Positions 1 through 9,607 of a DNA stretch of 64,000 bases are shown here, piece after piece. Numbering within the stretch: the stretch's first letter is position 1; the number at the start of each line of letters is the position of its first letter. The notes under the pieces were generated by a model. That model was not told the DNA's origin. It saw only the letters and a list, made by a program, of their open reading frames with translations, and did no database searches. Source of the stretch: an uncultured Kangiella sp. GTDB lineage: Bacteria; Pseudomonadota; Gammaproteobacteria; Enterobacterales; Kangiellaceae. The translations under genes were made by a program, and so were the position numbers. The stretch is taken from contig CAZRPK010000002.1 in assembly GCA_964601915.1 (NCBI GenBank), forward strand, positions 2,000 through 65,999, in the 5' to 3' direction.

Positions 1-61
1 GGCGGTTGATGGGCTAATGGATAAGCTTAAAGCTAACTGATACGAAAATTGAGAAACTGCA

Positions 62-1420
62 ATGGAAGACGGTAATACAAATCACCGAGAGAATAAAGAG
101 GCCGGTCAATACTTATCACCTAAACAAAACTCGAAGTATATTTTAAATGTAGAAGATTTTTATGTTTTTAAAATAGGAAATATGTGGAGTTTTTTTAGGG
201 GCCAGCATTTTTCTTTTTGGATGATTTGTTTATATCTTTTTTTTGAATATTTTAGACCTCAATTAATTTATCCAGTGATCGATATTCTTCCTTGGGCACA
301 GTTATTTTTGATTGGTGCCTTAGTAGGAGTTTTTCATGATAAATCAATTCACTGGGTAGGTAATCCGATAAACAAGTGGTTAATTGTATTTGCTATCTTA
401 ATATATGCATCTAGTTTAAATGCATATTTTCCTGAGATTTCACAAAAGCACTATATTGATTTTTATAGTTGGTTTATTGTTTATTTTTTGATCATTAATA
501 TTGTTAATACTAAACAGCGGTATTATTTGTTTTTTCTGATTTTTATTGTTTGTGTTGCTAAAATTGCGATTGGGACTTCTTTAGTGTTCGCGATGAGAGG
601 ATTTAGTTTTGCGAAGTGGGGACTCATGGGACCACCAGGATATTTTCAAAATTCAGGGGAGTTAGCAATTCTTATGCTAACATTATTTCCGGCCACCTAT
701 TATTTATATATTTTTATGAGGAATAAGGTTAGTTTGGTTGAAAAGTATATATTGTTATTATTTTGGATGACTCCTTTATTAACGATCATAGGTTCGAGTA
801 GTCGAGGAGCACAGGTCGCATTAATTGTACAATTATTTCTAATTTTCAGAAAGAGGTTGTTCAAATTAAAGACGTTGGTTCTCATCGGGTTAATTACATA
901 CTCGATTTATTCCATTTTGCCTGAAGAGCAAATTAAACGGTTTGAGTCAGCGGGAAGTGATAAGACTTCTGAGCAGCGATTATTGTATCTAAAACATGGA
1001 TGGGGAATGATGAAAGATCATCCGGCACTTGGTGTTGGTTATTTTAATTTTGCACCATATTATGCGCGTCATCATTCAGAGGATATGCTCTATGATACCC
1101 CACAATTACCGCATAACATACTTATTCAGGTGGGAACTGATACGGGGTTTTTAGGCTTATTTAGTTTTTTTATGTTGCTTTTATTACCATTTAACTTAAC
1201 TAGAAAGCTTATCGCAATGAAGGAAAATGAACCTCTTCTGTACCTGATAAGAATGGCGACTTTGTATGGGGTAGTTGGTTTTTTTGTGGCAGGGCAGTTT
1301 GTTACTGTAACTTACTACCCATTTTTTTGGATAGCTTTATCTTTTGTAACTGCTGGGCAAAGTATTTATTTGAATATTTTCTCAAATAGTGGTAGTCGCT
1401 TGAATATCGAATCTGTTTGA
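62..1420 (+). CDS. O-antigen ligase/polymerase (Wzy_C-type) family integral membrane protein
   Basis: 452-aa ORF with many hydrophobic helices. The loop region 'GSSSRGAQVAL' and 'LPHNILIQVGTDTGFLGL' are typical of Wzy_C/O-antigen ligase proteins. It heads a glycosyltransferase cluster. Confidence 0.7.
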   Translation: MEDGNTNHRENKEAGQYLSPKQNSKYILNVEDFYVFKIGNMWSFFRGQHFSFWMICLYLFFEYFRPQLIYPVIDILPWAQLFLIGALVGVFHDKSIHWVGNPINKWLIVFAILIYASSLNAYFPEISQKHYIDFYSWFIVYFLIINIVNTKQRYYLFFLIFIVCVAKIAIGTSLVFAMRGFSFAKWGLMGPPGYFQNSGELAILMLTLFPATYYLYIFMRNKVSLVEKYILLLFWMTPLLTIIGSSSRGAQVALIVQLFLIFRKRLFKLKTLVLIGLITYSIYSILPEEQIKRFESAGSDKTSEQRLLYLKHGWGMMKDHPALGVGYFNFAPYYARHHSEDMLYDTPQLPHNILIQVGTDTGFLGLFSFFMLLLLPFNLTRKLIAMKENEPLLYLIRMATLYGVVGFFVAGQFVTVTYYPFFWIALSFVTAGQSIYLNIFSNSGSRLNIESV

Positions 1421-1488
1421 AAACAGAAACTTGTCAAAATTTGATATTGTGTATAGGTATAGCTTGTTTCTGAGCGAAAAAACTTTAG

Positions 1489-2627
1489 GGTACCTCTAAA
1501 AACAACCTGTTTATGATATAATTAACCCCGAGTTAATCAAAGAGAAATTGACGATGTTGCAATTTGAATTTTTCGATTTAAATGATCGATTTAAAAAATT
1601 AGATGAAAGAAATCCTCTAGTTAGTTTTAATCGATTAATCGATTGGGATAATTTCAGATCAACTTTAAACATCGTTCGAAATAAAGTCCTCAAAAGCAAC
1701 GAAGGTCGGAAATTCTTTGATGTCGTTCTGATGTTTAAAATGCTGATACTGCAACATTTATACAATGTATCTGATAATCAAATAGAATATCAAATTCGAG
1801 GTCGTTATTTTTTTTGTCGATTTTTAGATTTAACGCCCTCTGCTCGGGCCCCCGATGCTAAAATGATTTGGTTATTTAGAGAGCCGTTAACTCACCTCAA
1901 ACTAATAAGAATATTTTTTTATGATTTTGGCTATCGACTGAACGAGCAATACTATCAAGTCAGAAAAGGACAGAACGTTGACGCCCGTTTTGCTGATGCC
2001 CTCAAACAGCTTAATAATAAGGAAGAAAATAAACAGATCAGCAGCCCCCCCTGAACGACTTGAAGAAAAAATATTGGCTCACAAAAAAAATGCAATGCTC
2101 GCTGGACGAAAAAAATGAAATCCATTTTGGCTATAAAAATCATACAGCCGTGGGTCACGCACACAAACTTATTCGAGAATTTGAAGTTACCTCGGCGGAA
2201 GTGTATGAGGTCTTTTTGGATGGGTTATCTTGATCAGATTCACAAAAAAGGTAAGTGGGAAAAATTATTTTCAAAACGCGATCAAAAAATCAATGCAAAG
2301 AAATCTCGGGTGAGAGCGCGAGTTGAGTATATCTTTGGTTCCATCACCGATGAACAGGGTGGGGGCCATTTTAAAATCATTGGATTTGCGCGCAATGAAT
2401 TAAAGATCGGTATGATGAATGTGGTTTATAATATGAGATATCTTGTGACGTTACACAGGATAAATCCATGTAGTAATTGAAGAAAAGGAAAAATAGCTTT
2501 AAAGAACTGCCGAAAAGCTCCTTTTTTTAACTAAAATAGATTAAAAAATTAATGGGCAATGGTTTTTAAAATCAATCTCAAAATTATTTTTTTGAAAAAG
2601 TTCTAAATTCCAATTTTTAGAGATACC
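1489..2627 (+). mobile_element. Decayed IS5-family insertion sequence (about 1.14 kb) with recognisable terminal inverted repeats
   Basis: Left end 'ggtacctctaaaaa' (1489-1502) is the reverse complement of right end 'tttttagagatacc' (2614-2627) with one mismatch. The repeats bracket a fragmented IS5-type transposase. Confidence 0.75.
1548..2480 (+). pseudogene. IS5-family DDE transposase, frameshifted and internally deleted
   Basis: IS5-type blocks lie in different frames: 'DNQIEYQIRGRYFFCRFLDL...PDAKMIWLFRE', then 'HFGYKNHTAVGHAHKLIREFEVTSAEV' (seen by hand translation), then 'SRVRARVEYIFGSI...IGFARNELKIGMMNVVYNMR'. The region between the DDE blocks is much shorter than in intact IS5. Confidence 0.8.
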
Positions 2628-2652
2628 TTTTTTAATTGATGAGTTGTATGCA

Positions 2653-3726
2653 ATGAGTAGAATCAAAATTTTACACATAATTTCAGGTGATCTTTGGGCT
2701 GGCGCTGAAGTTCAGGTATTTACGCTGATTAAACAGCTTAGACAATGTTCCGATGTAAAAACTATCATCCTAAATGATGGTGAACTAGCAACTCGGATAC
2801 GGAAAATAGGTGTTTCTGTTATTATTTTAGATGAGTCTCAATTTTCTACCTTGCAAATATTTCTTAAGATTCGTAAGATTTTGATGTGTTTTAATCCGGA
2901 TATTGTGCATACTCACCGCCAAAAAGAAAATATTCTTGGTGCTTTAGCAAATGTAACCACTATTAGGGCGCGGTCTGTTCGAACGGTTCATGGGAAAAAT
3001 GAGTTTAGTTTTAATTTTAGGGCAAAAATGCAAGGAATCGTTGAACGACTGGTAACAACTTGTTTTTGTAATGTAATAATAGCGGTGTCAGAAGATTTAA
3101 GAAAAAAATTACATTCGGAGTTCCCTACAAAAATAGTGAAAGTTATTTACAACGGAGTAGATGTAGAAGAATTAAAAAAAAATACTGGTATTGCTCAGTT
3201 TAAAAAGGATAAACCAGATAAAAAGCATATAGGGATGATTGGTCGTTTGGTTGCTGTTAAGCGGGTAGATATTTTCTTAAAAATATCAGAAATCATTAAG
3301 AGAGAGATAGAGGGTGAGTATTTTTTTCATATTGTCGGTGACGGTCCTTTAAGGTCTGAACTCGAGATTTTAGCGAGCAAGTTAGGTGTGACGGATGTAG
3401 TTCAATTTCATGGCCATAGATCTGACATTCCAAGTATAATAAACTCACTAGATGTTGTAGTGATGTGTTCAGATTATGAGGGATTGCCTATGACTGCGTT
3501 AGAAACTATTGCACTAGACTCAATACTGCTAGCGCATAAAATTGGTGGTCTCGCAGAATTGGCATGCTATAATAATGTCTTTTTAACTGATATTAATAGA
3601 GAAAGAAATTATACTAAAAAACTAGTTGAAATCAGTGGCTCAAGAATCAAAACAGTTAATTTCAGCCATACGGCTAATAAAAACATGAGTGAAATATTTT
3701 CTATATATTCCGCTATGTTAGATTAG
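2653..3726 (+). CDS. Glycosyltransferase, GT4 (group 1) family
   Basis: 'ILHIISGDLWAGAEVQV' N-terminus and C-terminal 'GDGPLRSELE...' plus 'SDYEGLPMTALETIA' (E-x7-E type motif). ATG at 2653 is preferred over the TTG at 2644 used by the ORF track. Confidence 0.85.
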   Translation: MSRIKILHIISGDLWAGAEVQVFTLIKQLRQCSDVKTIILNDGELATRIRKIGVSVIILDESQFSTLQIFLKIRKILMCFNPDIVHTHRQKENILGALANVTTIRARSVRTVHGKNEFSFNFRAKMQGIVERLVTTCFCNVIIAVSEDLRKKLHSEFPTKIVKVIYNGVDVEELKKNTGIAQFKKDKPDKKHIGMIGRLVAVKRVDIFLKISEIIKREIEGEYFFHIVGDGPLRSELEILASKLGVTDVVQFHGHRSDIPSIINSLDVVVMCSDYEGLPMTALETIALDSILLAHKIGGLAELACYNNVFLTDINRERNYTKKLVEISGSRIKTVNFSHTANKNMSEIFSIYSAMLD

Positions 3727-3915
3727 GGCTTGTGATTTTTATATTCGTCATGTTCTAAAAAACTCATTTTTTTGATATGTATTTAACTGATTTTTTAGAA
3801 AAACACTAATTTTCTAAGGGTTACATATTATTTTGATGTTCCAGATGCATATCTTATTTATTTGAAGGTGAATGATGGTATTTTATACAAGAAAAATAGT
3901 GTTCGAAGGTCAAAT

Positions 3916-5034
3916 ATGAAAAAAAAATTTATACTTATAATGTTTCATTGCGAACAATATACGGAGTACGCCATTGAATCATTAGAAAGCTCTTTTACGG
4001 ATGCAGCTCTTCTCGCGGGCTTTGAAAGTGATTATATTTTATATTCTTATTCGAAAGTATTGGAGACTAGTCCTAAAGTTTTTGAGATTGGATACTATAC
4101 ACGTCAAGACGCGGAGAAACTTCGGGAAGTTTATCGAAAATACCCAATTGGAACTATTTTAGCATTTGATTTACCCTATCCTACAGCTGTCTGCAAATCG
4201 GCAAGTTGTTTGGGTGTTGACAATATTATATCCTACTGGGGAGCTAGTATGAGTACCACTAACCATGGATTGAAATTACTAGTGAAGAGAGCTGAATGGT
4301 GGTTTAGAGGGGGCTCTGCACCCACGAAGTTTATATTTGAGTCCCAAGCCATGAAACGTAGTGCAACTCATGGTCGAGGTATATCTTCCAAAAATACTAC
4401 CGTCATACCGCTGGGTGTTGACGTTGAAAAATATTATCCAGCAAAGGATAGCCACTATGCACATAATGAATTTAAAATCCCATTTGAAAGAAAAATAATT
4501 TTTTACTCAGGGCATATGGAAGAACGAAAAGGAGTACGGATTTTAATAGAGGCAATAAAAATACTTGGAGAACTAGGTAAAATAGAACCGTTTCATTTAT
4601 TAATTTGTGGAAATAAAGAGAGGCAAAGCAAACGATATGAGGAATTACTTACGGGTTCAATAGCAAAAAAATACGTAACGTTTGCTGGCTATAGAAAGGA
4701 TATTCCGGAAATTATGCAATCTGCTTTTTTAGGAGCGATAGCCTCTACTGGATGGGATTCATTTACAATGTCAAGTATTGAAATGCTGGCTTCTGGTTTG
4801 CCACTAATAGTTTCGGACCTAGATGGCCTTAGGGAGACTATTGAACCTGAATTATGTGGTGAATTGATAGAGCCTGGAGATTCAATGGGGTTGGCTACAC
4901 GAATACTCGAATATTTTGAAAAGCCAAATAAACATAAATCCCATTCTAAATTTGCGAGACAAAGAGCTGTTGACCTGTTCTCTAAATCTCTTCAAATTCG
5001 GCGGATTAGCGAACTCATTGCTAGTACGCGTTAA
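3916..5034 (+). CDS. Glycosyltransferase, GT4 (group 1) family
   Basis: 'IIFYSGHMEERKGVRILIEA', 'GWDSFTMSSIEMLASGLPLIVSD' and 'GELIEPGD' are typical of the GT4 C-terminal domain. Internal ATG at 3916 (MKKKFILIMF) is the likely start. Confidence 0.8.
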   Translation: MKKKFILIMFHCEQYTEYAIESLESSFTDAALLAGFESDYILYSYSKVLETSPKVFEIGYYTRQDAEKLREVYRKYPIGTILAFDLPYPTAVCKSASCLGVDNIISYWGASMSTTNHGLKLLVKRAEWWFRGGSAPTKFIFESQAMKRSATHGRGISSKNTTVIPLGVDVEKYYPAKDSHYAHNEFKIPFERKIIFYSGHMEERKGVRILIEAIKILGELGKIEPFHLLICGNKERQSKRYEELLTGSIAKKYVTFAGYRKDIPEIMQSAFLGAIASTGWDSFTMSSIEMLASGLPLIVSDLDGLRETIEPELCGELIEPGDSMGLATRILEYFEKPNKHKSHSKFARQRAVDLFSKSLQIRRISELIASTR

Positions 5035-5084
5035 GGCCGCTGTAGGCATCACTATTTTAAATAATGCATCAAAGGATTATAATC

Positions 5085-6893
5085 ATGCTTTATCGAGCAC
5101 TGCTCAGATTGATGGGTCGAGAGAACAAAAGAAGAGTAGTATTGCTTCAATTTCTTTTTTTAGTTACTGCTCTTTTTCAAGTTGCGGGTATCGCTCTTAT
5201 AGCTCCCTTTATTACTATGATAAGTAACCCTGCTTTAATTGAAATAAATCCAATTCTTCTCTTTCTCTACAGTGTATATGATTTCAAAACATACACAAAC
5301 TTTATGATTTGTTATGCGGCCGGAGTTGTTATTGTTCTATTACTTGGAAATTTAATTTCATCGTATAGCCTTTGGAAATTATTTTTGGTTTCTATGAGCC
5401 TTGGAGCACATGTTCAACGGACGATTTATGGATGCTATTTAGAAAATGACTATACATTTTTCGCCATGAAGAATAGTAGCAAGCTCATTTCTCAAATAAC
5501 TCAAGAGGTACCCCGGATGGTTTATATGGTGGTGCAACCGATGCTTAACCTAGTTTCTCAAATGTTTATTGCCGTCCTAATAATAGGGGGCTTGTTAATT
5601 GTCGATATTAAAATCGCGTTTATCGCTACTTCAATAGTTGTTATAGTTTATTTCTTCATATTCAAAATAATTCGTGTAAAAGTTATTGAAAATGGGCGTT
5701 TAATTACTTTACTTAATCGAAAAAAATTAAAATTATTAGATGAAAGTATTGGAGGAATCAAAGAGGTTAAATTAAAAGGGAATGAAGATTACTATAGGGA
5801 ACGGTTGAATGATGTTACCGTTAGAGGCTTATCTGCTTCTGCTTATATCGCTTTGGCCGGTGATCTTCCAAAGTTTGTTGTTGAAACGGTAGTTTTTTCT
5901 TCTATTCTAGGGTTGTCAATCTATATACTCTTGACTACTGGGACAGCAAGTGAGGCGGTTAGCATTATTAGTTTATATGCGATGGCTGGTTATAAACTTC
6001 TTCCTGCTGCTCAGTTGATTTATAAGGCGTATTCACAAATTAGGGCTAACGAGTCTGTGGTTTTTAGTATAGATAGAGAAATAGGCAATAGTCAGGATTA
6101 TAACAGCGCCTTGAAATCATTAGGTAGTGAGCCCTCCCCGGAAGGCAAGGTTATTTTTGATAATGTTGGTTTTCGTTATCCTAGTGCAAATAAGTTTGCT
6201 TTGAAGGATTGTAACCTTAGCATAGAAAATTGCCAAGTAACTGCTTTCGTTGGAAGTTCGGGGGCGGGTAAGAGTACCGCAGTTGATTTGTTGCTTGGAT
6301 TGATGCTACCAACTGAAGGTTGTATATCCATTGGAGGAGTGTTGCTAGATAGATCTAATATCCAGGCTTGGCGAAATAGAATTGGTTATGTTGCTCAAGA
6401 TGTTTTTATTTTAGACGCATCGTTTCAAGAAAATATTGCCTTTGGAGTACCTGAATCAATGATTGATAGAGCAAAGCTCGAAAAGGCTGCAAAAATGGCA
6501 AACATCCTAGATTTTATTTTACAATGTGAGGATGGTTTTAATTTTACACTTGGAGAACGAGGTGCGAAGTTAAGCGGTGGGCAAAAACAGAGAATAGGTA
6601 TTGCTCGCGCGCTTTATGATGACCCTGCAATACTAATATTTGACGAGGCTACAAGCGCGCTAGACAACGTTACTGAACAATTGATAATGGCTGATATTAA
6701 AGGGCTTGCTCAAACTAGAACGGTAGTTATGATCGCTCACCGTTTATCGACAGTAGAAAAAGCAAACAATATTTTTGTTTTTAAGGCGGGGAAGACGGAG
6801 TCTCAGGGGACTTTCAATGAATTGGCTAGAGATTCCGCTGAATTTAAGTTGCTTCTTTCTGCAGGTAAAAATCAAGAAGTGAGTCAAGAATGA
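5085..6893 (+). CDS. ABC exporter, fused permease/ATPase (MsbA/PglK-like, candidate lipid-linked glycan flippase)
   Basis: Six-helix N-terminal TMD. Walker A 'GSSGAGKST', signature 'LSGGQKQR', Walker B 'ILIFDEATSALD', H-loop 'IAHRLST'. AAGGA lies 8 nt before the ATG at 5085; 5064 is an alternative start. Confidence 0.9.
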   Translation: MLYRALLRLMGRENKRRVVLLQFLFLVTALFQVAGIALIAPFITMISNPALIEINPILLFLYSVYDFKTYTNFMICYAAGVVIVLLLGNLISSYSLWKLFLVSMSLGAHVQRTIYGCYLENDYTFFAMKNSSKLISQITQEVPRMVYMVVQPMLNLVSQMFIAVLIIGGLLIVDIKIAFIATSIVVIVYFFIFKIIRVKVIENGRLITLLNRKKLKLLDESIGGIKEVKLKGNEDYYRERLNDVTVRGLSASAYIALAGDLPKFVVETVVFSSILGLSIYILLTTGTASEAVSIISLYAMAGYKLLPAAQLIYKAYSQIRANESVVFSIDREIGNSQDYNSALKSLGSEPSPEGKVIFDNVGFRYPSANKFALKDCNLSIENCQVTAFVGSSGAGKSTAVDLLLGLMLPTEGCISIGGVLLDRSNIQAWRNRIGYVAQDVFILDASFQENIAFGVPESMIDRAKLEKAAKMANILDFILQCEDGFNFTLGERGAKLSGGQKQRIGIARALYDDPAILIFDEATSALDNVTEQLIMADIKGLAQTRTVVMIAHRLSTVEKANNIFVFKAGKTESQGTFNELARDSAEFKLLLSAGKNQEVSQE

Positions 6894-6930
6894 TACAGCA
6901 GACAAGTAAACAACAATTATTGATCCGTTT

Positions 6931-7824
6931 ATGTTTAATATGAACCCCAAAAGCATTCTTAAAAGAGCCTTATTGAATCTGGGAATTGAAGTGAAACAAA
7001 TTGAAAAGGCACCCCCTATTCCTCGTTTTTTTGAGTGTTCGAAACAGGCTCTACTTTATAGCCAAGGAGGCAAATCTGCGACCTTTGCTTGTCCAGTTAA
7101 TTTAACTATGCACAATACTGGAATTGGGTTTTGTGCCTCAGGTTGGAATCCCTTTATCGAGACACTTAAAGAGTTTGAAAACAATCCAAAACTAGAATAT
7201 AAGAACTCAGTATTACATGATTTTTATACTGGATGGACGCCGAAGTCAGCAAGAGAAGCCATAATTGATTTTTCAGACTCCCCTGATATATTTGCTAGTT
7301 ATCATCCATTATTTCTATTCTTATCGCCTTGGACATCTCTAACATATTCGGAGGTCGAAGCTGACGTCTTGTGGTGGAATAACAAAGACAATAGAGAACA
7401 TGGATGTAGTCATTTTAACTTTCCAGACGATGGCTGGACGTTTACTGGCCCGGTACGTTTAGAAAAAGGAATGTTAGAGTTCAATAGAACAGTTTGTTTA
7501 TATAAAAAAATAAGAACAGAAGGATATGATAGGAGCAAAGGGGGGATAGGAGTTACCATTCTCAAGAGAGGAAATGATTATCGATATTTGGTGGGAGGGG
7601 GAGGGTATCATAGAGCCATTGTAATGGCTGCTCTTGGATTTGAAACTTTTCCAGCGAGATTTCATAGAAATTCAATTGTAGATATTAATGATGTAGGCGA
7701 TTGGCCGCATATCCGCAGTGGCCTTTGGACTGAGAAACAAGCTTTAAATTATGTAGACCATTTATTTGATGTTGACAGTTTAAGTTGGGCGAATAGAATG
7801 AATTTAGTTCACTATAATAAATGA
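6931..7824 (+). CDS. Hypothetical protein of the polysaccharide cluster (possible ParB/sulfiredoxin-like 'GG-x-HR' motif)
   Basis: 297-aa ORF packed between the ABC exporter and a GT4 gene. 'YLVGGGGYHRAIVMAALG' resembles the DGHHR motif of ParB/Srx-fold proteins. No other recognisable motif. Confidence 0.45.
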   Translation: MFNMNPKSILKRALLNLGIEVKQIEKAPPIPRFFECSKQALLYSQGGKSATFACPVNLTMHNTGIGFCASGWNPFIETLKEFENNPKLEYKNSVLHDFYTGWTPKSAREAIIDFSDSPDIFASYHPLFLFLSPWTSLTYSEVEADVLWWNNKDNREHGCSHFNFPDDGWTFTGPVRLEKGMLEFNRTVCLYKKIRTEGYDRSKGGIGVTILKRGNDYRYLVGGGGYHRAIVMAALGFETFPARFHRNSIVDINDVGDWPHIRSGLWTEKQALNYVDHLFDVDSLSWANRMNLVHYNK

Positions 7825-7912
7825 AGTTTTGATTACACAATGGATTCCTCAAAAATATTTTTTTTATGTGCTAGATATAACTTAATGTTTATAACCAAGG
7901 TAAAAAGAGTAG

Positions 7913-9157
7913 ATGAATATTTTATGGGTTAGCCATTTTTCACCCTATCCACCAAAAGGAGGGGCTTATCAACGTTCATATAATATGATCAGGGGATTAG
8001 CAAAAACTTGTTCGGTAGATTTAGTAACGCTTATTAGCAGGCCTGTAGTGATGGGGTTTTATAGTTCTTATAGCGAAGGGTATGCAGACATTACAAGCTC
8101 TCTGAGGGGGATTGTGGATTCAGCAGAATTTGTTGAAATTGGAAAAAACAGTCGACTGAATAGTAAATTAATAAATGCAGCTAAATCGCTTTTTTCCCTG
8201 AGAACTTATGATGAAATACTCTATTCTTCCCTACGGTTTGCTAAGAGCATAAATGCAAAAGTTAGTGAGAAAAAATACGATGCAATATATGTTGATACGA
8301 TTAGTTTAATGCCGTTAGTCGCTAAAGTTCAGGTGCCAATAATTCTTAATCATCATAACATTGAATCCGATATGCTTAGGCTAAGAGTAAAGAGCTCGTT
8401 AAAACTGATCGCTCCTTACCTGTATTGGGAAGCATTAAAGATGAAGCTTCTTGAAAAAAAATATATAAGTAAGGTGTCAATAAATCTAACCTGTTCCAAA
8501 ATCGATAGTGAAAAATTATCTAAGGTGAGCGATTCTGCCGTTATAGCTGAGATACCTAATGGTGTCGATACAAGTTATTTTAAAAGAATAGAAAAATATG
8601 ATAGCAAAATTGTCGAAGGACTTATTTTTGTTGGTGGTCTAGGTTGGTACCCTAATGCCGATGCTATGAAGTGGTTTTCAAGTGAGATATATCCGGTAAT
8701 CGAGACTGTTGTTTCTGAGGTCAATGTTAATATAGTTGGTCGAGGGCAGGTAGCAGAGTTAAATAAATTAGCTAAAAAAAAACCGAATGTTAAGCTTCAT
8801 GGTTTTGTTGATGATGTTAGAGCTTACATTGAAAAGAGTGCAATATATATCTGTCCAATAAGAGATGGTGGGGGAACAAAATTAAAAATTCTCGATGCGC
8901 TAGCCATGGGGGCTCCTCTTGTCGCTCACTCTAAGTCTTGTGAGGGGATTGATGTTGTGGATGGTAAACATGTTTTAATGGCAGATACGCCGAGCGACTT
9001 CGCGAATAAAGTAAAGAAATTAATAGATAATCCGATTTTAAGACAACATTTATCAGAGAATGGAATAAAGCTTATTGAAGAGAAGTATTCATATCACAAA
9101 ATAGATAAGTTGTTCTACCAATCAATAAAAAAAGCTATTGGCGAGAAAAATTATTGA
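7913..9157 (+). CDS. Glycosyltransferase, GT4 (group 1) family
   Basis: 'MNILWVSHFSPYPPKGGAYQRSYN' N-terminus. 'RDGGGTKLKILDALAMGAPLVAH' is a classic GT4 C-terminal motif. Confidence 0.85.
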   Translation: MNILWVSHFSPYPPKGGAYQRSYNMIRGLAKTCSVDLVTLISRPVVMGFYSSYSEGYADITSSLRGIVDSAEFVEIGKNSRLNSKLINAAKSLFSLRTYDEILYSSLRFAKSINAKVSEKKYDAIYVDTISLMPLVAKVQVPIILNHHNIESDMLRLRVKSSLKLIAPYLYWEALKMKLLEKKYISKVSINLTCSKIDSEKLSKVSDSAVIAEIPNGVDTSYFKRIEKYDSKIVEGLIFVGGLGWYPNADAMKWFSSEIYPVIETVVSEVNVNIVGRGQVAELNKLAKKKPNVKLHGFVDDVRAYIEKSAIYICPIRDGGGTKLKILDALAMGAPLVAHSKSCEGIDVVDGKHVLMADTPSDFANKVKKLIDNPILRQHLSENGIKLIEEKYSYHKIDKLFYQSIKKAIGEKNY

Positions 9158-9179
9158 GTTTTAACCGCATAGCGTAAAT

Positions 9180-9517
9180 CTCGGGCGGCTTGCCCCCGAG
9201 CTGGATAGTGTAAACGGGGTCTTTTTCCAGTTTACGGTATTCAGTTCATGGACCTTCAGAGAAATACGCATCATGTTTACAGGCTGATGTTTCATTTTGT
9301 TTGGATCCCAAAGTATAGGCAGAAGGTATTTGTAGAGCCTCAAAGGGAAGCTATGAAGGCTATTATCAAGAAAATTGGATATGACTATGAAATCGATATT
9401 GTGGAATTGGAAATACCAGAAGACCATATTCACATGATTGTTCGAGGCGTGCCCAAGCAGTCTCCAAGTAGGATAATGCAAATAATAAAAAGCATTTCAG
9501 CAAGAGAGTTTTTTATC
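9180..9517 (+). mobile_element. IS200/IS605-family remnant (left-end hairpin plus 5' two-thirds of tnpA)
   Basis: Hairpin 'ctcggg-cggcttgcc-cccgag' at 9180-9200 lies upstream of a Y1-transposase fragment. Homology stops after about 90 aa. Confidence 0.7.
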
Positions 9518-9607
9518 AAAGAAGCCGATTTATTTACTCTGGTTGTAATTCGATCGATGTGGATTAATGTGAGGTCAATAAGTGAAATATATCGTTTGCG
9601 GTCATAA
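9248..9607 (+). pseudogene. tnpA: IS200-type Y1 (HUH) transposase TnpA, 3'-truncated
   Basis: 'HHVYRLMFHFVWIPKYRQKVF' and the HUH motif 'EDHIHMIV...SPSRIMQIIKSISAREFF' match IS200 TnpA. After about residue 90 the ORF runs into unrelated sequence, and the catalytic-Tyr C-terminal part is absent. Confidence 0.8.

Noticed and set aside
2-40. 3' end of a plus-strand ORF entering from the left edge ('...AVDGLMDKLKAN*').
   Set aside because: Only 12 codons are visible, which is too short to identify or to support as coding.
4916-5227. 103-aa ORF bridging the GT4 gene and the ABC exporter gene.
   Set aside because: It overlaps both well-supported genes out of frame, and its sequence is low-complexity.
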